This document shows positions 58,033-64,000 of a DNA stretch of 64,000 nt, in pieces. The position numbers and the translations under genes are program-made. Every line of letters starts with the position of its first letter. The first letter of the stretch is position 1. The DNA is from Leptolyngbyaceae cyanobacterium. Its GTDB lineage: Bacteria > Cyanobacteriota > Cyanobacteriia > Phormidesmidales > Phormidesmidaceae. The notes beneath the pieces were generated by a model. The model did not search any database, was not told the DNA's origin, and saw nothing but the letters and a program-made list of their open reading frames with translations. The stretch is from assembly GCA_965263355.1 (NCBI GenBank), contig CBDHHL010000049.1:64001-128000 (forward strand), in the 5' to 3' direction.

Positions 58033-60990
58033 ATGACAACCAATAATATCGTCACTCCAGGAGTATCAAACCCCCTTAGCATTGCCTTTGTCGATGGTAA
58101 TGTCGCCCAGGCAGATGAACTCTTAGCCAGTCTGCAGACCGACAAAGTGTTCCTGTTAAATGACCAGTCCAGTGGGATTGATCAAATTACCCAGACTCTT
58201 GCAGATTATACAAACCTAGAAAGTGTTCATATCGTTTCCCATGGTAGCCAGGGAGCACTCCAGCTGGGTAACAGTATTTTTAGTCAGACCAATCTAACTG
58301 AGTACCAAGCAGACTTAGAAAGCTGGCAAACTGCCTTCTCTGACCATGGCGATCTATTGTTTTATGGCTGTAATCTAGCCGCTGCTGACGCCACGTTTGT
58401 CAACCAAATTAGTCAACTCACCCAGACCGATGTCGCCGCATCCAATGACTTGACAGGCACTGGCGGTGACTGGGACTTAGAAGTCACCACCGGTAGCATT
58501 GAAGCCACCATTGGCCTGAGTGCAGCCGCCCAAACAGCTTACCAGGGACAATTAAACCTATTGATTGAGGGCAGCACGGGCACGATTGACATCCTCAACG
58601 GCACTGCAGGCGCTGATATGTTTGTGCTTGGGGATGAAACCGGTAGCCTCTATGCCCAACATGAATACGGTGACTATGCCGACATTCTTAACTTCTCTGC
58701 CGGGGAAGATACCATTCTCCTCGCTGGCTCCATTGACGATTACACCCTTAAAACAGAAGGCAATAATACCTGGATCTTTGTCGGCGATGCCTACAGCTCA
58801 GAACTGGTAGCAGATGTCTTTAATGCTTCTATCGATGAGGTCACTAGCAACCTTGCCTTTGTCGAGGCTAGCGGTGCTGATCCAGACCCTACGCCCAATC
58901 CAGACCCTACACCCGATCCTGGCGACTTAACCTTAATTAAGGGCAGCACGGGTACGATTGACATCCTCAACGGCACTGCAGGCGCTGATATGTTTGTGCT
59001 TGGGGATGAAACCGGTAGCCTCTATGCCCAACATGAATACAGTGACTATGCCGACATTCTTAACTTCTCTGCCGGGGAAGATACCATTCTCCTCGCTGGC
59101 TCCATTGACGATTACACCCTCAAAACAGAAGGCAATAATACCTGGATCTTTGTCGGCGATGCCTACAGCTCAGAACTGGTAGCAGATGTTTTCAACGCAT
59201 CCGTGGATCAGGTGATTAACAGTCTTACCTTTATTGGCGATACACCTACCCAGCCAGAGGGGACAACTATTGATTTCTCCAATGCGATCACCATTAATGT
59301 TGGGTTTGACCCAACTAACAATAATCCCGCCTTTACAACGGTGATCACAGGTACCAGTCAATTTGCTTTTGGCGCTCCTCAAGATGCCATCATCAACGAC
59401 CCGTTACTGGGCAGCGTTGGCACCGTTGACGGCAATGGTGATGTGATCTTGAGTGAGATTGTTAGCTCAGTCTCTGAAGGACCCGGATTTGCAGGCGCAG
59501 ATATCAGCGTTACCATTGGTGACGGCACCCCCGATCTTATCTTTGAACCCGGCAGTGCAGAGCTGTCATCTGTCACATTAGAGTCTGGCGGAGCCGTTGT
59601 TGAAGATACTGATGGGCTTAAAGCGTTTTACCAGATTTCCTTACAAATCCAGGATGCCCCCAATGGCACCCTGCGTAATCTGAATCCGATTACCGTCGAA
59701 AGTGATTTTATTGGACCGATCTCTTCCTTCGACCAGTTGGATTCTTTCGACCAGCTAAATCTACAATTTTCCACCAATGCTGTAGTGCCTCTATTTGCAG
59801 CTGGACCTGACGGTGTCTTTTGGACCGGGGATGAAGTTGTTGCCGCTAAATTAGTTCCTGGAGTTGATGGTAAGTCCCTAACGGTCAATCTGCAATCACC
59901 CTCCACTGAGCCTCCGGTTGGCACCTCCAATGGCATCATAAATGGTTCCTTTGAAGCTAACCAAATTAACCGTAGGCAGAAAATGGTGGATGCGTCGCAG
60001 GTTGATGGCTGGAAATCCCTTAACGGTGAGCCTCTTGAGATCTGGAGAAGCGGTTTCAATGGTGTTGAATCAGACAACGGGTCTCAGCATCTGGAATTAG
60101 ATGCTGACAAAGGCAAGATCGACGGCATCTATCAGGATGTTCAAACAGCAGCCGGTCAGATCTATGAGCTGACCTTTACCGTCCGTTCTCGCGGTGAACA
60201 CTTCAATTCTAACGATGAAGCCGTTGTTGTGGAATGGAATGGCCAGAAGTTGAAAGTCGATGGCTTCAGAGCTGAAAAAGCCGGTGAGTGGAGCACCATC
60301 ACGGCTAGAGTGATCGGTACTGGCGGCATGGATCGTCTGTTGTTCCGTGAGTCGACGTCTTACGGTGCCAACGATAGCACTGGTCCATTCCTAGACAACA
60401 TTACCCTACGGGCCATCGCTCAGCTTAACCTACCCACCCCACCTGGATTTAATGCCGTATTTGGTGGCCCCGGTAATGATCAGCTAAGCACCAGCGAAGG
60501 GAATGACTTTGTTCTTGGAGACGATGGAGACGATATCTTATCTGGCAACGGTGGTGTCGATCTGCTCCAGGGTGAAGCCGGTAACGATATCTTAAATGGC
60601 GGCAATCAAAACGATCAGCTCAATGGTGGTATTGGCAACGACACTCTCAACGGCGGACACGGCAACGACCAATTGCTCGGTGGAGAGGGCAATGATTTGC
60701 TGAGCGGTGATCGTGGCGATGATCAACTCGACGGTGGAGCCGGTGATGATGTCGCTGTATTCCGTGGGGTTAAGGTTGTTGTTCGTCAAGACGATGGCCA
60801 AATCGGTGTCCAAAGTAAAGATGGTGAAGATGTATTGTCCAATATCGAATATATCGAATCGAACGGTACACGGTACACGGTTGACGAAGCACTGAAAAAG
60901 TTTGCGCTGCCCACTCCCACCAAGCCTGTCTACCAGACAATTGGGGGCATTATTTGGGCTCCATTCAAGTTAATCGGATCAATTTTCTAA
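58033..60990 (+). CDS. Secreted Ca-binding RTX-type protein with N-terminal DUF4347-like domain
   Basis: [33 protein letters not shown] (DUF4347-like); duplicated ~100-aa domain; PD/PT linker; NGSFE beta-sandwich-like region; many GGxGNDxLx repeats. Confidence 0.88.
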   Translation: MTTNNIVTPGVSNPLSIAFVDGNVAQADELLASLQTDKVFLLNDQSSGIDQITQTLADYTNLESVHIVSHGSQGALQLGNSIFSQTNLTEYQADLESWQTAFSDHGDLLFYGCNLAAADATFVNQISQLTQTDVAASNDLTGTGGDWDLEVTTGSIEATIGLSAAAQTAYQGQLNLLIEGSTGTIDILNGTAGADMFVLGDETGSLYAQHEYGDYADILNFSAGEDTILLAGSIDDYTLKTEGNNTWIFVGDAYSSELVADVFNASIDEVTSNLAFVEASGADPDPTPNPDPTPDPGDLTLIKGSTGTIDILNGTAGADMFVLGDETGSLYAQHEYSDYADILNFSAGEDTILLAGSIDDYTLKTEGNNTWIFVGDAYSSELVADVFNASVDQVINSLTFIGDTPTQPEGTTIDFSNAITINVGFDPTNNNPAFTTVITGTSQFAFGAPQDAIINDPLLGSVGTVDGNGDVILSEIVSSVSEGPGFAGADISVTIGDGTPDLIFEPGSAELSSVTLESGGAVVEDTDGLKAFYQISLQIQDAPNGTLRNLNPITVESDFIGPISSFDQLDSFDQLNLQFSTNAVVPLFAAGPDGVFWTGDEVVAAKLVPGVDGKSLTVNLQSPSTEPPVGTSNGIINGSFEANQINRRQKMVDASQVDGWKSLNGEPLEIWRSGFNGVESDNGSQHLELDADKGKIDGIYQDVQTAAGQIYELTFTVRSRGEHFNSNDEAVVVEWNGQKLKVDGFRAEKAGEWSTITARVIGTGGMDRLLFRESTSYGANDSTGPFLDNITLRAIAQLNLPTPPGFNAVFGGPGNDQLSTSEGNDFVLGDDGDDILSGNGGVDLLQGEAGNDILNGGNQNDQLNGGIGNDTLNGGHGNDQLLGGEGNDLLSGDRGDDQLDGGAGDDVAVFRGVKVVVRQDDGQIGVQSKDGEDVLSNIEYIESNGTRYTVDEALKKFALPTPTKPVYQTIGGIIWAPFKLIGSIF
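58570..59190 (+). repeat. Near-identical ~250-bp internal duplication (copies start 58570 and 58942)
   Basis: Offset 372 nt; both copies encode [25 protein letters not shown]...[10 protein letters not shown]. Confidence 0.9.
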
Positions 60991-61014
60991 AATATCCGAT
61001 TAATTTTTACATTC

Positions 61015-61053
61015 AAGCGATGGGTGAAACTTGTTCACCCATCGCTTCTTTTT
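61015..61053. terminator. Intrinsic terminator between convergent genes
   Basis: AAGCGATGGGTGAA-acttg-TTCACCCATCGCTT followed by CTTTTT. Confidence 0.85.
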
Positions 61054-61131
61054 GCGAACTATCCTCACCGGAATAGGTTTCTCGTTTATCCACTCACTAT
61101 TTCAACCCTAGTTTTTAATCTTGACGCGGCA

Positions 61132-64000
61132 CTAGGCTTGAAGCTTTTGCAACAGACTAGCAATGTTCTTACGGACTACCGATTCAGACGATACATCTCC
61201 TAAAGCACCATAAATATCAGCAGCCTGTCGGTAGAAGTTCACCGCCTCTTCCGGCTGATCTAGGTTGTTATTGTAAAGATTGCCCAACCCATTTAAGTTC
61301 TTAGCCTGGCCTGCCAAATTGTTGGTCTCGACCGCAATATTCAAGGAGTGAAGGTAGGCGACTTCCGCGTTGTCATAATTGCCTGCATTTTTTTGCACCT
61401 CACCGATTTGGTACCAGATACCAGCTACTAATAAGGGTGAATCCTGCTGTTCAAATAGGGAGCGGGCATCTTGATAGAGTGCGATCGCATCACCATAATT
61501 TTCCTGGGAAATTCTAATCGCAGCCAGGTTAGCTTTAGCAACCGCCACTCCCCGCACATTGTTGAGTTTTTCACTCCAGGTGATGTACTCTACACATTTT
61601 TGGGCTGCCTCATCCAACTGACCCAACAGCTGAAAACAGTTTGCTTGTTCATGGAGTACTACAGACATAGCTACGGGGGCCATACCGCCTTTCCGATTCC
61701 CCAACGACTCGAATAATCGCTGGGCTTTTGCTAAAAACTCAAGTGCCAAAGCCAATTGATCAGACGCTTTCAGAACCTGTCCCATCAAGCTGTAGGCCAT
61801 GGCCAGATCATAGTCCACCTCACGATAAGCCCCTGCTCCCACTGCCTTAGCATTTTCTAAAAGCCGCTGAGCCTTTTCGTAGGCCAATTGCCATTGCTCC
61901 TGCTCCAACAGTTGCTCAATCAAATATCGCTCACGGTTAAACTGGGTATGCCCCCACTCCGATGGCAATGTTACCGCTGGGGTGGGCAAGTTTACCGAAG
62001 TACTACCCTTGCTAGGATAACCAATGGGAGACTTTATCCACAGCGGTTGGGCTGTTTCATGGGCTGGTTTCCGTCGCTGTTGCTCTTGTTGTGGCGACTG
62101 TTGTTGTGGCTGGTTAAATCGCCCATTTTGTTCCTCCATCGGCAATGTCACAGCCTGTTCCGAAATCCTATCCGCAGATTTTACGACGGCCCCTTGGGAA
62201 CGATAAATTAACAAATAAGCGGACGGGATAAAATATAAGGCCAACAGGGTTGCCCCCCCCAGCCCCCCAGCGATCGAAATCGCCAACGGCGGCCAAAACC
62301 CAGTACTATCAAATAATAAAGGCGTAAATCCAATAATCGTTGTAACCGTAGTCGCCACCACATGGCGGGTGGACTTAACCACGACCTGTTGGATCGCAGC
62401 CGCATCCCCCTGGCGAGCTAAGGGATGCTCTCGCAAAGCGGCTAAGACCACAATGGAGTCGTTAATGGCTAGGCCAATCAATCCCAGGGTGCCAAGAATA
62501 GCCGTAAAGCCAAACAATGAATTAAATACCCACAACGCCATTGCAGCCAGACCGACTGCGGCCAAGGCCACCACAAACAGTAGCCCAGCTAAGGCAAATG
62601 AGTTAAACGACAACACCAGGGTGGCGGTCATTAATACCACTAAAATGCCCACGGTGGATAACAAGTTGCCCACGGCGGACCCTCGGGCATCGGCTTCACC
62701 GCCATAGCTAAGGCGATACCCCAACGGCAACTCAAATCCTTGATCGTCGAGAGCTTGCTGAAACTCAGCTAAGACGATACTGGGCAGCGACCCCGCCGTA
62801 ATAAAGGCCTGGACCGTATTCACCCGTTCTCCATCTTGTCGTGCGATCGCACTCTGGTCTGGACGCAAGTTAACCGACGCCACAGCCGAAAAGGGAACCG
62901 TTGTGCCATCGGCACTGATCAGATCAATGGACGTAATACTGGCCAGGTCGCCCCGCTCATATTCCGGTAGCTGCACACGCACCGGAATATCTTCCGTATC
63001 TTCCAGAATTGATCCTCCTAGCTGACCATCTAGAAGGATACTGAGTTGAGATGCGATCTCACTATTACTCAACCCCACCCGTTGAGCCGCTGCTTCATCC
63101 ACCTCCAACGCCAGTTTTGGAGATAATTCCGTTAATGTGGAGCGCGTATTAGTAACCTCATCCAATTGAGATAAAATCAGCTGCAACTGATTTCCTAATG
63201 CCCTTAACTCTTCTAGATTAGGACCGTAAATACTAACCTCAATGGGAGCATCCACCGGAGGTCCCTGCTCCAGCTGCTTTACCAGGATTTGCGCATCAGG
63301 AAAAGCCGCATCCAATTCCGTTTGTAGCGTTTGAATGGTGCCACTGAGATCATCCGTTGACGATAACTGCACAATTCCCTGGGCATATTCAGAAGCATTG
63401 CGCAGAGTACCCACCACATTGTAGAAAAATGACGGCGCGGTTTCACCTAAAAACCAATGAATATCTTCAACCGCCGGATGCTGCCGAATCAACTTACGCA
63501 TGGCCAAGGTTTGGGTGCGGGTGGCTGCAATCGAGCTAGAGGCCTGTCGCTGTAGCTCGATTTGAAACTGATCACGGTTGGTCGGCGGAAAAAATTGTTG
63601 TGGCAAACTACCAAACTGAACAAACCCCACCACCGGCAACACCATGGCAATCACTACACCCAGGATAGGTCGACGAAAAACGTCCCTCAAACTGTCTTCA
63701 TAGAGACGAGAGAGCCATTCATTGGTCCAGCCAGTCACTAGCCAATGTGGTGGTTCAGCCCCTGACTGAGAAGCCCCTGATTGAGTCCCCGATTGAGCCT
63801 CTAATGGCCGCCAGCGATACATCAGACCGGCAAACGCTGCAATGATCGTCAACGATAAGGTCAGCGAACTCACCAGGGCTAAAATCACCGTACTGCCAAT
63901 GGTGCCAATAAACTCCCCTGTTCCTCCTGGCGACGTAGCAATCGGCACAAATGCCAATACAGTGGTCAGGGTGGATGCCAACAGGGGGACCGTCAAATGC
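61132..64000 (-). CDS. RND (AcrB/MdtC-like) efflux permease, 5'-truncated by the window, fused to a C-terminal TPR region
   Basis: FFPPTNR, GPPVDAPI, GLIGLAINDSIV, TTVTTIIGFTPL, WPPLAISIAGGL, then a Gln/Pro linker and TPR-like helices; the frame stays open to the window edge. Confidence 0.88.
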   Translation of the reverse strand, partial: HLTVPLLASTLTTVLAFVPIATSPGGTGEFIGTIGSTVILALVSSLTLSLTIIAAFAGLMYRWRPLEAQSGTQSGASQSGAEPPHWLVTGWTNEWLSRLYEDSLRDVFRRPILGVVIAMVLPVVGFVQFGSLPQQFFPPTNRDQFQIELQRQASSSIAATRTQTLAMRKLIRQHPAVEDIHWFLGETAPSFFYNVVGTLRNASEYAQGIVQLSSTDDLSGTIQTLQTELDAAFPDAQILVKQLEQGPPVDAPIEVSIYGPNLEELRALGNQLQLILSQLDEVTNTRSTLTELSPKLALEVDEAAAQRVGLSNSEIASQLSILLDGQLGGSILEDTEDIPVRVQLPEYERGDLASITSIDLISADGTTVPFSAVASVNLRPDQSAIARQDGERVNTVQAFITAGSLPSIVLAEFQQALDDQGFELPLGYRLSYGGEADARGSAVGNLLSTVGILVVLMTATLVLSFNSFALAGLLFVVALAAVGLAAMALWVFNSLFGFTAILGTLGLIGLAINDSIVVLAALREHPLARQGDAAAIQQVVVKSTRHVVATTVTTIIGFTPLLFDSTGFWPPLAISIAGGLGGATLLALYFIPSAYLLIYRSQGAVVKSADRISEQAVTLPMEEQNGRFNQPQQQSPQQEQQRRKPAHETAQPLWIKSPIGYPSKGSTSVNLPTPAVTLPSEWGHTQFNRERYLIEQLLEQEQWQLAYEKAQRLLENAKAVGAGAYREVDYDLAMAYSLMGQVLKASDQLALALEFLAKAQRLFESLGNRKGGMAPVAMSVVLHEQANCFQLLGQLDEAAQKCVEYITWSEKLNNVRGVAVAKANLAAIRISQENYGDAIALYQDARSLFEQQDSPLLVAGIWYQIGEVQKNAGNYDNAEVAYLHSLNIAVETNNLAGQAKNLNGLGNLYNNNLDQPEEAVNFYRQAADIYGALGDVSSESVVRKNIASLLQKLQA

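Noticed and set aside
2509..63539. Numerous antisense and alternate-frame ORFs inside large genes
   Set aside because: Shadows of long coding frames with no independent motifs.

Overview
Cyanobacterial secondary-metabolism region; the HIP1 octamer GCGATCGC recurs, e.g. at 3399, 6253, 31923, 56071 and 61481. It holds two biosynthetic gene clusters. (1) <1-36396: at least three tandem membrane desaturases and a free-standing ACP feed a co-linear cis-AT PKS/NRPS line: [KS-AT-DH-ER-KR-ACP]x2, KS-AT-ACP-C-A-T-C-A-T, C-A-T, KS-AT-KR-ACP-TE. A small ORF and an MFS exporter follow. The predicted product is an unsaturated or alkynyl beta-ketoacyl-Lys-Lys-Cys-ketide lipopeptide. (2) 43324-57492: an enediyne-type (PksE-like) iterative PKS split into KS-AT and ACP-ACP-KR-DH-PPTase-double-hotdog-TE genes, with a duplicated 33-aa motif at the split, then a small membrane protein and three tandem flavin-dependent halogenase-like genes. 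Divergent from cluster 2 is an intact carotenoid-oxygenase homolog that appears to lack three of its four iron-binding histidines. Two large secreted repeat proteins (SdrD-B/Ig/RTX-like and DUF4347/RTX-like) flank cluster 2. The window ends in an RND transporter with a C-terminal TPR fusion. All domain calls are by-eye motif recognition; no searches were run.
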